IMG/VR virus record: IMGVR_UViG_3300031787_007614
Coordinates: 62,001 to 126,000 of that record
Direction: 5' to 3' (one strand)
DNA length: 64,000 bases
Part shown: positions 27,601 through 37,417 of the stretch, one piece after another
Position numbering within the stretch: position 1 is the first letter of the stretch
Layout: each line of letters begins with the position of its first letter
Made by a program: the position numbers and the translations under genes
Notes under the pieces: generated by a model
What the model was told of the DNA's origin: nothing
The model's input: the letters and a program-made list of their open reading frames with translations, nothing else
Databases searched by the model: none

Positions 27601-29267
27601 GCAATTTGGAAAGTGGTAGTGGTTGGAATGGCCACAACATAATATGTGGTGCCAGCAGTGATTCCGCCAAAACTGGTTCCTTCAAAAACCACTTCGGCAC
27701 CAATATAAAAATCTGCTCTTGCAGTACTGTTGCAAGTTATTATGTTTGTGCCAGCTGTGGTTGCTGTGCAAATTACACTTTTTGCCCGTACCTGAATATT
27801 AAAACTGTAGGTTACTTCTGTAACACCTTGATCAGGAATAAAGCCATAATACCATCCTGAGTTTGGATCCAATGTCAATCCTGGTGGTAGTCCAAACCCT
27901 TGATTGACCGAAATGACGTAGTCAAGTTCGTCTTTGTCGTAGTCTTGTCCAATGAATCTGTATGCATAGTAATTGTCTCCTCGAGCAATGCCAAGATCGC
28001 TAGGATCATAATTCAACAAGAACGGAGCACGTTCGGGAGTTTCATCAGCAGTAACAAACACCGAGTCAGCAGTAATGTATGTGTCATCAGCCACAAGGTC
28101 TTCACGATTGTAAACAAATATAGTGAATGTTCTTATGTTGCTGGTTTTACCATCAGTGATTTCCAATGTAAATTGATAGTTACGACTCACTGCTGCACTG
28201 ATAAAGTCAAAAGGTACTGTGGCTATAGGTGTGAGGTCGTATCCTGGAGTTTCGTCTTCGTTGGGTGCAGGTGCAATATATCCTGAAATCAATCCACTGG
28301 TGCTCAGTCGCAATCCTGGCGGCAACTCACCAGCAATTTTTCTAATTATCACAGCCTCATTGTTATCAGTAGTGGTGTATTCAATTTGCAATTCAACTCT
28401 ATCGCCATCATAGTATTCACCAACCACACCGTTGATTGGAGTGCTGGTCATTGACTGGCTGATACTAACTGCGTAGGTACCAGTTCCGCCCACACCGTTG
28501 ATTAGCCCAATGATAGTGGTACCTACTTCGATGCCAGGCCCTTTGAGACTCATGCCCAGTTGCACAGTTCCAGACACCAATGAAGTAACGTTTAGTGTGG
28601 TTCCTGAAATGCTGCCAATAAAGCTCGCAGTATTATTGTCTGCAAACGCACCAGCAGGAGTCACAAACTCTGGAATATCATTGCCACTCACAGTAATTTC
28701 AAACGTTCGATCTGCAATACGGTCAGGAACTTCGATGCCGTTTACCATTTTTTCTGTATATGCTCTTAGCGTAAATTTACTGGTAACATCCTCGTTGACT
28801 TCTGTAGGAACACCTTGTAAGCTGGCAACAGCCTGCGGAACTCCAGCAATCAATCCAGTGGCACTGCATTGAACACCTGCTGGCAGTGTGCCAGCAATCA
28901 TTCTGTAGTACAATGGTTTGTACAGTCTGGCTACCAGCAAGCCAGTAGCAGTGGTCAATGCTACAGCAGTGGTGGCAGTGGCAGTGGTTGCAACAGAAAA
29001 TTGTGTTGCGCTGTTGATTGTAAAAACATAGTATTGTGCCAGTTGCGTCAACCCACCAAAACTAGTACCATTAAAAACAATAACCTGACCAACTATCATA
29101 CCAGTGGTGCTGTCGCAAGTTATGAGATTGGTAGTAGCTGTGGTAGTAGTACAAGTTATTGGGTCGCCCACTGGTGGTGTGGTTGCCCGCATGGACTGCT
29201 GGTAAAATACACCTTCGGGTATGACCCCTAGGTCGCCTGCTGGAGTGATCCAAGTTGGTTGTGCCAT
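24648..29267 (-). CDS. large baseplate/tail structural protein with Ig-like and repeated beta modules
   Basis: 1539 aa; several LPxGLxL..G.ISG Ig-like motifs; about 5 repeats of CTATT..TN.ITC.ST...VG..V.F.GT.FGG...YYV. Confidence 0.8.
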   Translation of the reverse strand: MAQPTWITPAGDLGVIPEGVFYQQSMRATTPPVGDPITCTTTTATTNLITCDSTTGMIVGQVIVFNGTSFGGLTQLAQYYVFTINSATQFSVATTATATTAVALTTATGLLVARLYKPLYYRMIAGTLPAGVQCSATGLIAGVPQAVASLQGVPTEVNEDVTSKFTLRAYTEKMVNGIEVPDRIADRTFEITVSGNDIPEFVTPAGAFADNNTASFIGSISGTTLNVTSLVSGTVQLGMSLKGPGIEVGTTIIGLINGVGGTGTYAVSISQSMTSTPINGVVGEYYDGDRVELQIEYTTTDNNEAVIIRKIAGELPPGLRLSTSGLISGYIAPAPNEDETPGYDLTPIATVPFDFISAAVSRNYQFTLEITDGKTSNIRTFTIFVYNREDLVADDTYITADSVFVTADETPERAPFLLNYDPSDLGIARGDNYYAYRFIGQDYDKDELDYVISVNQGFGLPPGLTLDPNSGWYYGFIPDQGVTEVTYSFNIQVRAKSVICTATTAGTNIITCNSTARADFYIGAEVVFEGTSFGGITAGTTYYVVAIPTTTTFQIATSIVGSPITLSTATGELKGVPVDIPQSQLYPFTLTISGAVDAEVTWLTPSDLGSIENGSTSLLKVEAVNRGGVELLYRLKSGAFNELPQGLVLLPSGEIAGRVTFNTFAIDLGETTFDRSQSTISGTQETTWDSSFTFTVNAYAEDTEQIIYKVSEVIVNSGGIGYSSPTIEFSTPIGATAVQAEGTLTASAGAITAVTITEQGAGYTSPATFTITGAGSGANLSVVMAPTGTRDVISVFKTFTVRVIREYNKPYQNLFVLAMPPQNDRALLRQLLTNTDIFVPDYIFRPDDPNFGLSTRVKYEHAFGLAPDSFSTYVESLYLNHYWKNLVLGEISTAQAVDPVTGEVVYEVVYSKIIDNLVNASGQSVNKIVTLPYAIIDPLDGSTQLTSVYPNSLINMRDQVIDVVGQISTKLPLWMTSKQSNGRVLGFTPAWVICYAKPNRSKQIAYYLEEYFGNQLNKIDFKVDRYELDATLSRNWDTTTQDWTPQPNLTTFDRVNTTGFTDLGLVNGATELAFADVNGRTLAEINALGGIDGTTEVIIGSFPAPDAEVYLEDGSIIIFVKQEGYSGSPGSNYSDLNQAWSNNIDSFDEEGFDSAASSAVAIPGTYDYGPLVNEGYAQTCTATTASTNVITCDSTLGMTVGDKVWFTGTTFGGIDNENSNAQTEVYYVRTVSNVTASATLTGSNRITVSSSTPFAIGDEVWFSGTVFGNISRYAATGLPKPYYVVDVPTATTIVVSETLGGSALGLSSASGSMTVYYGAFTVTATAGSSTAVTLSTAAGTMTANYGNDRMSMYTVNLENTGGDIICTATTSIGNWITTGSIGLLGINYQIYFTGTLIGGISSDQLYYIVSIDASNNRFAISNVQGGPTVNLVTATGVMNAEAINYIVNLTEYTQTVTNDYVTTTQGQKYTGGTYLYRPGNAPQDLIYVKWLPLITATTVVSTETIFDQGSLQFIEPVDMYDPSDRSDKYLVFPKANILA

Positions 29268-29277
29268 ATGTTATTTC

Positions 29278-32200
29278 TTAAGCTATTTGGTCCCAAGCAG
29301 ACCCGGTCCATAATCTCAAAGCGCCAAAGCTGGTACTGTAATAAAGTTGGCCTGTAACAGGGCTTGCTGGATCGCTAGACGCAACGGGTATAATCATTCT
29401 GGATGTGGCCTGTACATTTCCACCGGTGACATTCCCAGCACTTGTCTCACCTGTGACACTTAGGCTAGTCAGTGTTCCTACAGAAGTAATATTGGGTTGT
29501 GCCGCAGTGGTCACTGTACCAGCAGTGGTAGCAGAAGTAGCAGAAGTAGCAGTGGTAGCAGATGACGCACTGGCTGCAAAAATAGCATTGGCTACTGATC
29601 CAGTAACATTAGCACCAGGAATGAAAGACAAGCCAGCGCCTGAGCCAATGAATAGAGCTGCCACTACGTTAGCAGAGGCTGAAATAGTAGTACCACTGAT
29701 TACATTGGCGCCGGTGATATTACCAGTAGCGCCTGTGGTAACAAATCCGCCACCAGTGACATTACCAGTAACGGATAAATTGGCCAATGTGCCTAATTGT
29801 GTGATGTTGGTCTGTATTGATGTAGTTAGTAATCCGCTGACCTGGGTTGCTGAAACATTATTGGCAATCACATTTCCTAACGCTGACAAGTTGCCAGATG
29901 CTGAAACACTACCGCCGGTGACAATATTGGCACCATTGATGTTGCCAGTCACTAGCAAATTATTGGTTATTTTATTAAATTGCAATCCAGATGTGGCATT
30001 GGCTGTGTTGTTGTCATTGAACAGCACAAACGTATTACCGCCAGGTGCTGTCAAATTACCTGTGACGGTAGTAGCTATAATATTACCCACAAACAACGGT
30101 GCAATAACATTGGCAGCAGCAGAAATCTGACCAGTAGCGGTGTAATTGCCACCACTGATGTTTGCAGCTGAAGTAATGTTTCCAGTAGCAGTGACCAATC
30201 CCACAGTGGTTACATTACCACCAATCACGTTGCCTGTAGAGCTAAACACGCCAGATGAATACATGCTACCACCTGTAACAATGTTGCCACCAATCACGTT
30301 GCCTGTACTTGATACTACCCCGCCGGTGTTTATGTTGCCGCCGGTGACGTTACCTGTGGATGTGATTAGTCCACCTGTGGTTAAGTTTCCACCAATCACA
30401 TTGGCTGTCACGCTGACAGTTGTGCCAGTGTGATTTGTAGCAGAAATATTTCCGCCAATGATGTTACCGGTAGCCGTGATCAACCCAGCAGTTCGTATGT
30501 TTCCTCCAGTTACGTTGCCTGTGCCAGAAATAGCGCCAGCAGCTTGCACATCACCTGTGGCGCTGACTGTGCCCTGTGCGTCAATGTTGCCCACAACTAA
30601 ATTTCCATAGTTGTTGACAGTAACAACTTCACTGGCAATAGTAACTTGAACTGCGGCAATCAATTTGTCTGCAGAATTGTCGTAACCAATAAATGCTGAT
30701 CTTTCAGCTGTGGTAAAATACCAAAGTTGTTCACCACGGTCCTTACCATCATTGGTTACCAATGGTTGATTGTTTGCAGCTCTACCAATACCAATGATTG
30801 GATCCTCAACTGCTAGAGTGGTAACATTGGTATATTCTGTGTCGCCTGACACAGTTAGGTTACCAGCAATTACTGCGTCACCGCCCACAATAAGACCCGC
30901 CGAAGTCACAACATTGGCACCATTTACATTGCCTGCGGTAGAAATATTGCCGCCAATTATGTTACCACTTATGGTAAACACATTGGAAGTCTTGTCAAAA
31001 GTCATTCCAGCACTGGCGTTGGCCAAACCATTATCATTAAAAAGAACTTGTGTGTTTGATCCAGCAACTGAAAGATTTCCAGATATGTTACCAACCACAT
31101 TGCCAATGAAATTTGGAGCAGTTATGTTACCGCTTGCTGTTACAGTTCCACCAGTAAGCAAGTTGCCACCAGTGATATTGCTCACTGCACTCAACGTGGA
31201 TCCTACCACCACACTGTTCACAATGTTTGCAGATCCCAACCCAATTATGTTGTTACCAGTGACGTCGCCTGTGGCACTAACTTGACCAGCTGTTCTTAAA
31301 TTACCGCCTGTGACGTTGCCACTTGCGGATATAATAGTGCTGGTGATGTTGTTGGTTGAGCTGATGTTGTTGCCAGTTACGTTGGCATTGGCAACTATAT
31401 TGGCGCCAGTTATGTCTCCGCTGGCAGTGATTGTGCCACCAACAGATATCAATCCAACAGTAACAAAGTTGGCGCCAATGATGTTACCTGTTGCTGATAC
31501 AGTTGCACTGGTTGACAAGTTGTTACTGGTAATATTTCCTGATCCACCAAGCGCATTGCTTACCACCAATGAATTTAAATCACCAAGCGTGGTCAAACTT
31601 GAGTTGATCACGTTAGCACTGAGTGTGGTTCCTGTAAGCAACGCAGCATTTGAACTAACGCTGATGCCTGTTAATTGACTGCCGTTACCAATGACGTATG
31701 CACCTGTAACGTTGCCTGCGGCACTGATTGTGCCAGTGGCCAACACACTACCTGACAAAATTGCACTGTCACCTATTAAATTGCCAGATGCATTCACAAT
31801 ACCAGTGTTTATGTTTTGTGAAATAATATTGCCAGATGAAGAAACTACTCCAGCTGTGGTTAGGTTCCCGCCAACCACATTTCCAGTAGCAGTGAGATTG
31901 GCCAGTGTGCCAACTGTGGTAAAACTGGCCGAAGTTACGTTGGCACTGAGTACATTTCCAGTCAATAATGCTGCATTGGCCTGGCTAACCACACCAGTAA
32001 GTTGACTGCCGTTACCAATATAAAATCCGCCGGCGCTGATGTTGCCAGTGGCACTGATTGCTGAGTTTGCTAATAATGTGCCTTTTACTGTGGCACCTGT
32101 GCCCGAAACAACCAGCACGTTTGCAACGTTGGCTGCACTCACACTAACTGTTGAATTTTCAACAATTTGAATGTTTGAAGTACCGTTAGCAATGCCCGAA

Positions 32201-32319
32201 ATACCACCAATATTGTAGAGTTCTGTAAAATTGTCATTGACAATTGTGAACGCTGTTCTCAGTGGTGATCCGGTGCCGTCGTTGGCAGTATTGCCAGTAT
32301 CAATAAATTGTTGTGCCAT
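29278..32319 (-). CDS. long tail-fibre-like protein
   Basis: N-terminal TGNTANDGTGSPLRTAF..NDNFTELY baseplate-attachment motif; extensive SATGNVxGGN repeats. Confidence 0.8.
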   Translation of the reverse strand: MAQQFIDTGNTANDGTGSPLRTAFTIVNDNFTELYNIGGISGIANGTSNIQIVENSTVSVSAANVANVLVVSGTGATVKGTLLANSAISATGNISAGGFYIGNGSQLTGVVSQANAALLTGNVLSANVTSASFTTVGTLANLTATGNVVGGNLTTAGVVSSSGNIISQNINTGIVNASGNLIGDSAILSGSVLATGTISAAGNVTGAYVIGNGSQLTGISVSSNAALLTGTTLSANVINSSLTTLGDLNSLVVSNALGGSGNITSNNLSTSATVSATGNIIGANFVTVGLISVGGTITASGDITGANIVANANVTGNNISSTNNITSTIISASGNVTGGNLRTAGQVSATGDVTGNNIIGLGSANIVNSVVVGSTLSAVSNITGGNLLTGGTVTASGNITAPNFIGNVVGNISGNLSVAGSNTQVLFNDNGLANASAGMTFDKTSNVFTISGNIIGGNISTAGNVNGANVVTSAGLIVGGDAVIAGNLTVSGDTEYTNVTTLAVEDPIIGIGRAANNQPLVTNDGKDRGEQLWYFTTAERSAFIGYDNSADKLIAAVQVTIASEVVTVNNYGNLVVGNIDAQGTVSATGDVQAAGAISGTGNVTGGNIRTAGLITATGNIIGGNISATNHTGTTVSVTANVIGGNLTTGGLITSTGNVTGGNINTGGVVSSTGNVIGGNIVTGGSMYSSGVFSSTGNVIGGNVTTVGLVTATGNITSAANISGGNYTATGQISAAANVIAPLFVGNIIATTVTGNLTAPGGNTFVLFNDNNTANATSGLQFNKITNNLLVTGNINGANIVTGGSVSASGNLSALGNVIANNVSATQVSGLLTTSIQTNITQLGTLANLSVTGNVTGGGFVTTGATGNITGANVISGTTISASANVVAALFIGSGAGLSFIPGANVTGSVANAIFAASASSATTATSATSATTAGTVTTAAQPNITSVGTLTSLSVTGETSAGNVTGGNVQATSRMIIPVASSDPASPVTGQLYYSTSFGALRLWTGSAWDQIA

Positions 32320-32337
32320 AATCCAGTCCTAGTAAGC

Positions 32338-32369
32338 TATTTACCAAAACTCTGTGCACCGCTAAATAC
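32338..32369. promoter_or_regulatory. divergent late-type promoters (TAAATA on both strands)
   Basis: TATTTA at ~32338 and TAAATA at ~32364, between divergently transcribed structural genes. Confidence 0.55.
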
Positions 32370-32387
32370 ACCAGCTCGGAGTAAACA

Positions 32388-34655
32388 ATGTCATATATCA
32401 TCAATAACAGCAGAGGACAAACAATTGCTGTGGTCCCAGACGGCACTATTAACACCACTAGCACTAGTTTGAATCTAGTAGGTCGTGCTGTGTCTAGTTA
32501 TGGCACGGCAGAAAACGAAAACTATGTGTTTTTGTTGGAAAACTTTGCCAATGATACTGGACCATTGCAACCAATTTTAGGACAACTTTGGTACAATTCC
32601 AGTACTGATGTTATTTCTGTATACAGTTCTGGCAATACTTTCACTGCATTGGCCAGCCAAGATTATGTGCAAGCTCAAAAAATCAGTCCTGCTTTTACTG
32701 GAGTTCCCACAGCACCCACAGCCGCTGCCGGCACAGCCAACACACAATTAGCAACCACTGCATTTGTTTCCAACAGTCCACAATTAAGTGGCGTGCCCAC
32801 TGCTCCTACTGCTGCGGCTGGCACAGCAACCACACAGATTGCAACCACAGCATTTGTTTCCAACAGTCCACAATTGAGTGGTGTGCCCACAGCACCCACT
32901 GCCTCATCGGGTACAGCAACCACACAGATTGCAACCACAGCATTTGTAACTGCTGGACCAGCCTTTGCAGGCATACCCACTGCACCAACACCAGCAAATG
33001 TGTCTAACAACACTCAATTGGCTACCACTGAGTTTGTGCAAAATCAAAAAGACAGTCCAGCGTTGGTTGGGATTCCCACTGCGCCTACCGCAGCCGCTGG
33101 AACCAACACTTCGCAGTTGGCCACTACTGCTTTTGTTCAAGGCGAAAAAGTAAGTCCAGCATTTTTGGGAGTGCCCACAGCACCAACCGCAGTGGTAGGC
33201 ACAGCCAACACTCAATTGGCCACCACTGGGTTTGTTTACAGTGTAACTGGTAACTTGGGAACAGCCAGTCAGCAAAATGCCAACGCTATTGCAATCACTG
33301 GTGGAACAATAACAGGTATCACTCCACTGGCTATTATTGATGGCGGCACCGGCGGAAACACTGCTGCCACAGCTAGATCCAGTTTAGGACTTGGATCAGT
33401 ATCACAACAAGATGCCAACGCAGTTGCAATTTCAGGTGGCGAGATAACTGGCATTATTGACTTGGCAGTGGCCGATGGCGGCACTGGGGCAAGTACCGCA
33501 GCTGGCGCCAGAACCAATTTGGGACTAGGAACAATATCCACACAAAATTCCACTGCTGTAAACATCACAGGTGGTACAATTACAGGCATCACTCCATTGG
33601 CCATAAGTGCAGGTGGTACTGGGGGATTCGACGTTGTTTCTGCTAGAGACAATCTTGGACTTGGTACTATTGCTATTCAGCAGTCCAATGCAGTTGCAAT
33701 CACTGGTGGTGCAATTGAAGGTGTAACCATACAAAGTTTAGCAACACCATTGCCTATTGCCAGCGGCGGAACTGGTGCAACCAGTAATGTTAATGCTCGA
33801 ATTAATCTGGGTCTTAACAGCATGGCCACACAGGCTTCTGACAATGTCACTATTACTGGTGGTCAAATAAGCGGTATCAGTGCTATTGCAATTGTATCTG
33901 GCGGAACTGGCGCAACCACTGAGGTGCAAGCCAGAACCAATTTGGGCCTTGGTACCATGGCCACTCAAAATTCGTCAAACATCACCATCACTGGCGGTAC
34001 CATCACAGGCATCACTCCGTTGTCAATTGCACAAGGTGGCACCGGTGCATCAGACTCGGCCGGCGCTAGAAGTAATTTGGGATTGGAAACTGGTGCTACC
34101 ACAAACGTAGGCACCATGGCCACTCAAAATGCCAATGCAGTAACTATTGAAGGCGGTTCTATTACTGGTATCACTCCATTGACAATTCCCAATGGCGGTA
34201 CCGGAGCGTCCACAGCAGGCAATGCTAGAGCAGCTCTTGGCATTCCTGATTTCCCACTGTCTCTTCTAAATGGTGGTACAGGTGCCACCACTGCGGCCGG
34301 TGCAAGAACTGCATTGCAGTTAGAGTCTGGCGCTACTACTACAGTAGGGACAATGGCCACTCAAAATGCCAATAGTGTGGCCATCACTGGCGGCTACATA
34401 ACTACATTGACTGCACCAATACCTATCGAATCTGGTGGAACAAATGGAGCCACAGCAGCAGCCGCAAGAACAAGTCTAGGGGTTCCTCCATTAACTAGAG
34501 CTATCAATACAGGCAATGGGCTGGCTGGAGGCGGCAACTTGGCATCTGATCTCACACTCAGTATTGCAACAAACAGCAATGGCTATGGTGTAAGATACAT
34601 TTCGTTTGATCTTCCAACTGGTGGTAATGACGGCGACGTTTGGTATCAAATTTAA
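32388..34655 (+). CDS. tail fibre protein with two repeat blocks
   Basis: LLENFA...GQLWY N-terminus; about 7 SPAFxGVPTAPTAAAGTxxTQLATTAFV repeats; about 9 GGTGAxxAxxARxNLGL repeats; GNDGDVWYQ end. Confidence 0.85.
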   Translation: MSYIINNSRGQTIAVVPDGTINTTSTSLNLVGRAVSSYGTAENENYVFLLENFANDTGPLQPILGQLWYNSSTDVISVYSSGNTFTALASQDYVQAQKISPAFTGVPTAPTAAAGTANTQLATTAFVSNSPQLSGVPTAPTAAAGTATTQIATTAFVSNSPQLSGVPTAPTASSGTATTQIATTAFVTAGPAFAGIPTAPTPANVSNNTQLATTEFVQNQKDSPALVGIPTAPTAAAGTNTSQLATTAFVQGEKVSPAFLGVPTAPTAVVGTANTQLATTGFVYSVTGNLGTASQQNANAIAITGGTITGITPLAIIDGGTGGNTAATARSSLGLGSVSQQDANAVAISGGEITGIIDLAVADGGTGASTAAGARTNLGLGTISTQNSTAVNITGGTITGITPLAISAGGTGGFDVVSARDNLGLGTIAIQQSNAVAITGGAIEGVTIQSLATPLPIASGGTGATSNVNARINLGLNSMATQASDNVTITGGQISGISAIAIVSGGTGATTEVQARTNLGLGTMATQNSSNITITGGTITGITPLSIAQGGTGASDSAGARSNLGLETGATTNVGTMATQNANAVTIEGGSITGITPLTIPNGGTGASTAGNARAALGIPDFPLSLLNGGTGATTAAGARTALQLESGATTTVGTMATQNANSVAITGGYITTLTAPIPIESGGTNGATAAAARTSLGVPPLTRAINTGNGLAGGGNLASDLTLSIATNSNGYGVRYISFDLPTGGNDGDVWYQI
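32753..32947 (+). repeat. near-identical 90-bp tandem repeat within the tail fibre gene
   Basis: gcatttgtttccaacagtccacaatt and acagcaaccacacagattgcaaccacagcatttgt each recur at a 90-bp period. Confidence 0.8.
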
Positions 34656-34658
34656 TAT

Positions 34659-36866
34659 ATGGCAGAAGTAATAAGAGAAGCAGGGTACACTGGGTTTGTC
34701 CAGAGATTGACCTGGGTGCATGGCAACGCTGTGCCTGTGACTGCATACTTGTGGGGCGGTGGTGGTGCAGGCGGCGCTAGGGCGCCAACTGGGTCATTTA
34801 CAACCAGTTATCAAGGCGATATTCAGCAGGATCCTTGGTTTGGTCCACTGATACCAAATAAATCTGGTTATTATGAACTTGGTTATAACGTTTTTAACGA
34901 AGGACCAGAAACCTATTACCCAATAGCATGGGTTGTGGTAATAAATGGAATTATAGTTTATGGTTCTCCAGTTCCGCCACCGCCACCTGCACCAAATCCA
35001 GCCAGACTTAATAATCCACCACCCACAATCCTGGCTAACCCAACAACGTTTCAAGGCGTAACAATATACACACAAAATGGAGTACAGTCTCCGTATTTTG
35101 TGAAAGTTTACGATTTTGATTATACCACGTACACAAGTGGCGCAGCAGTAGGCGGCACCGGCGGCGGCGGTGCGTATGCACAGGTTAATTTTACCATCAA
35201 CGAAGGTGACATACTTGATGTTGCAGTAGGACAAGGTGGTGGTGCCGGCGGCGTCACTGCATTGGCCTCTGGAATAACACCAGGCGGCGAAGCTGGTGCT
35301 GGTTTACTTACATCGAGTCTTTTTAACACTGTTACTAACACTGCCTCCCCACCTGTTTATCGTGAATTCAGTCCGACCTACTGCACATTTTTAAACAATT
35401 ACGGAGTTTGGGTAGACCCGCCTTCGGCATCAGTGTTTGACAGAACATATACCGTGGCATTTCCGTCGACTGGCAACTATCAATTTACCATATGCTCTAA
35501 TGGACGAGCAGATTTTTATGTAGATGGTGAATTTGCGGCATTCAGTTATGATCCACAAATTCCCTGGACTGTGGGAGTTATTGTTACAGCTGGCAATAGA
35601 ACTATTAGAATAGTGTCAACTGCTGCTACCGGCAAACGAGGCGCCGTTGCATTAGTTATTGGATCTGGTGTTAATTATGCCGGTGCCCGGGGCGGTGATG
35701 GAATAGCAGGTGGTGGCGGAGCCGGGGGTGGCGGCGGCGCTACAATAATTTTAAAGAATGATGTGATAATTGGTGCAGCCGGTGGCGGAGGCGGAGGCGG
35801 AGCTGGTGGTATCACCAGTGCAGGTGCTAGTGCTCCGGGCGCACGCGGTCAGAATGCCGCAGGATTTTTTGCTGGTCAAAATGGCACCAGCAGAGTGTAT
35901 TATAATGGCGGTGGCTGCGGCGGAGGCGGTGGCGGCATCACAGGTGGCCGTGGTGGTGCATCCCCAGGTGCAGGCGGCGACGGCGGCACATCAGGATCAT
36001 TTGGTGGCAGCACTGGAATTGAAGTGCAAAATCCTTCGGGTAGAACTCCTGGTGGCACAACCAACATTTATTATCGAGCAGGTGTTGCATTAGGTGGACA
36101 GTCTCAAGCCGTTGTTGGCAATCTTGAAGGAAATGGCAGAAACGGCTATGCGGTATTTGTGTTTGAAGTGCCGGACATACATGTAAAAACTGCTGGCACA
36201 TGGAATCCAGTGACCAAAACTTTTGTAAAATATACTGGACTATGGCGCTTGGCTAAGAAAAAATTTATAAAAATAAACGGCGAATGGGTACCAACAATTG
36301 CATCAACCAGTCCGGTGTTTGCAAATTATCTTGGCCTTGGAACAAATCCATTGCCAGCAGATTTTGAAGAATTACCACCACCTCCTCCACCAAGTGGCGG
36401 CGGAGATGGGTATGGCGGTTGGGACGGTGGTGGAGGAGGTGGTGGTGGCAAAGTGATCTGTACAGCACTGTACGAACTTGGCTACATGGAAAAAGAAATA
36501 TTTGAATACGACCAAGCCTATGGTTTATGGTTGTATCAAAATGATTTTGTGTCTTATCGTGGCTACAGAGCCTGGGCTGATGTACTTGTACAATATGTCA
36601 AAGGGCAAGGTCGACCCATGTTGCCTAAATTGTTATTCTGGAAAACCGCTGATGAACAACAACGATTGAGTCAGCAGTTGGCCATATCACTAGCACGAGT
36701 CATCGGTGGCGCATTCTCTAAAGAAATTGCTCGACGTGCTGGGCACAACATTCCATTCAGCATTGGAGGATGGGCATGTGTGACTGTGGGTCTTGCAGTT
36801 AACAAAGCCATTGGTTATATTGTAAAGAAAATTAAAAAGACCAGTACTATTGATTACAAGGAATAA
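34659..36866 (+). CDS. Gly-rich tail fibre / receptor-binding protein with C-terminal KVICT domain
   Basis: YLWGGGGAGG and GGGGAY Gly-rich domain, central beta domain, poly-G linker, then KVICTAL...GYRAWA, a hydrophobic helix and a basic tail. Confidence 0.75.
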   Translation: MAEVIREAGYTGFVQRLTWVHGNAVPVTAYLWGGGGAGGARAPTGSFTTSYQGDIQQDPWFGPLIPNKSGYYELGYNVFNEGPETYYPIAWVVVINGIIVYGSPVPPPPPAPNPARLNNPPPTILANPTTFQGVTIYTQNGVQSPYFVKVYDFDYTTYTSGAAVGGTGGGGAYAQVNFTINEGDILDVAVGQGGGAGGVTALASGITPGGEAGAGLLTSSLFNTVTNTASPPVYREFSPTYCTFLNNYGVWVDPPSASVFDRTYTVAFPSTGNYQFTICSNGRADFYVDGEFAAFSYDPQIPWTVGVIVTAGNRTIRIVSTAATGKRGAVALVIGSGVNYAGARGGDGIAGGGGAGGGGGATIILKNDVIIGAAGGGGGGGAGGITSAGASAPGARGQNAAGFFAGQNGTSRVYYNGGGCGGGGGGITGGRGGASPGAGGDGGTSGSFGGSTGIEVQNPSGRTPGGTTNIYYRAGVALGGQSQAVVGNLEGNGRNGYAVFVFEVPDIHVKTAGTWNPVTKTFVKYTGLWRLAKKKFIKINGEWVPTIASTSPVFANYLGLGTNPLPADFEELPPPPPPSGGGDGYGGWDGGGGGGGGKVICTALYELGYMEKEIFEYDQAYGLWLYQNDFVSYRGYRAWADVLVQYVKGQGRPMLPKLLFWKTADEQQRLSQQLAISLARVIGGAFSKEIARRAGHNIPFSIGGWACVTVGLAVNKAIGYIVKKIKKTSTIDYKE

Positions 36867-36867
36867 T

Positions 36868-37113
36868 ATGTTTACCATACAAGAACTTACACAGAAATTT
36901 CATGCGCTTGATGACAGCACAAAAGACAAGGTGTTTGAACAGGTGACCAAGAACGCAGCTCAGTATAATGAAATTATACCCAACGTCCCATTATTTCTTT
37001 ACATACTGCAAGGTGATGGTGGTGTTCCTGTGTGGGCCAAAAACAGTTCAATTCTGTTGCAGTATAAGGCTTGGGCATCAAACCCAAAAAATCGATCTAA
37101 ACTGCAAAGCTAG
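36868..37113 (+). CDS. hypothetical protein
   Basis: start MFTIQE directly after the upstream stop, AAGGA RBS. Confidence 0.65.
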   Translation: MFTIQELTQKFHALDDSTKDKVFEQVTKNAAQYNEIIPNVPLFLYILQGDGGVPVWAKNSSILLQYKAWASNPKNRSKLQS

Positions 37114-37417
37114 ATCCACAACCACAGGTTGAAGAAGCCTGTGGATTGTTGATTACAAAACTGGCACTCATCAAATCTTCTTTGTAGTCAATTGATGCGC
37201 CGTTGAGATATTGCATGCTCATAGCATCCACAACTACCTTGACTTCATCATATGCAAAGTCAAAATCATCTTCGTTTTTGGTTTCTTCAAATGTGAATCC
37301 ATAACTGAATCCTGAACAGCCGCCGCCCTGCACAAACACTCTGAGCATGAGATTAGGGTTATTTTCTTCAGCAATCAGTTCGCGTAATTTTGACACAGCA
37401 CCAGTTTCTAAATTCAT
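37097..37417 (-). CDS. erpA: iron-sulfur cluster insertion protein ErpA (HesB/IscA family)
   Basis: [34 protein letters not shown]; start MNLETG coupled (TAATG) to SOD. Confidence 0.9.
   Translation of the reverse strand: MNLETGAVSKLRELIAEENNPNLMLRVFVQGGGCSGFSYGFTFEETKNEDDFDFAYDEVKVVVDAMSMQYLNGASIDYKEDLMSASFVINNPQASSTCGCGSSFAV

Noticed and set aside
29405-32005. Long plus-strand ORFs antisense to tail-fibre genes (also 8419-9012, 1953-2876, 48516-49229)
   Set aside because: Shadow ORFs produced by the codon bias and repeats of the real minus-strand genes; no RBS and no recognisable motifs.
23139-36866. Diversity-generating retroelement acting on the fibres
   Set aside because: No reverse transcriptase is present, and I saw no TR/VR pair with adenine-specific mismatches.
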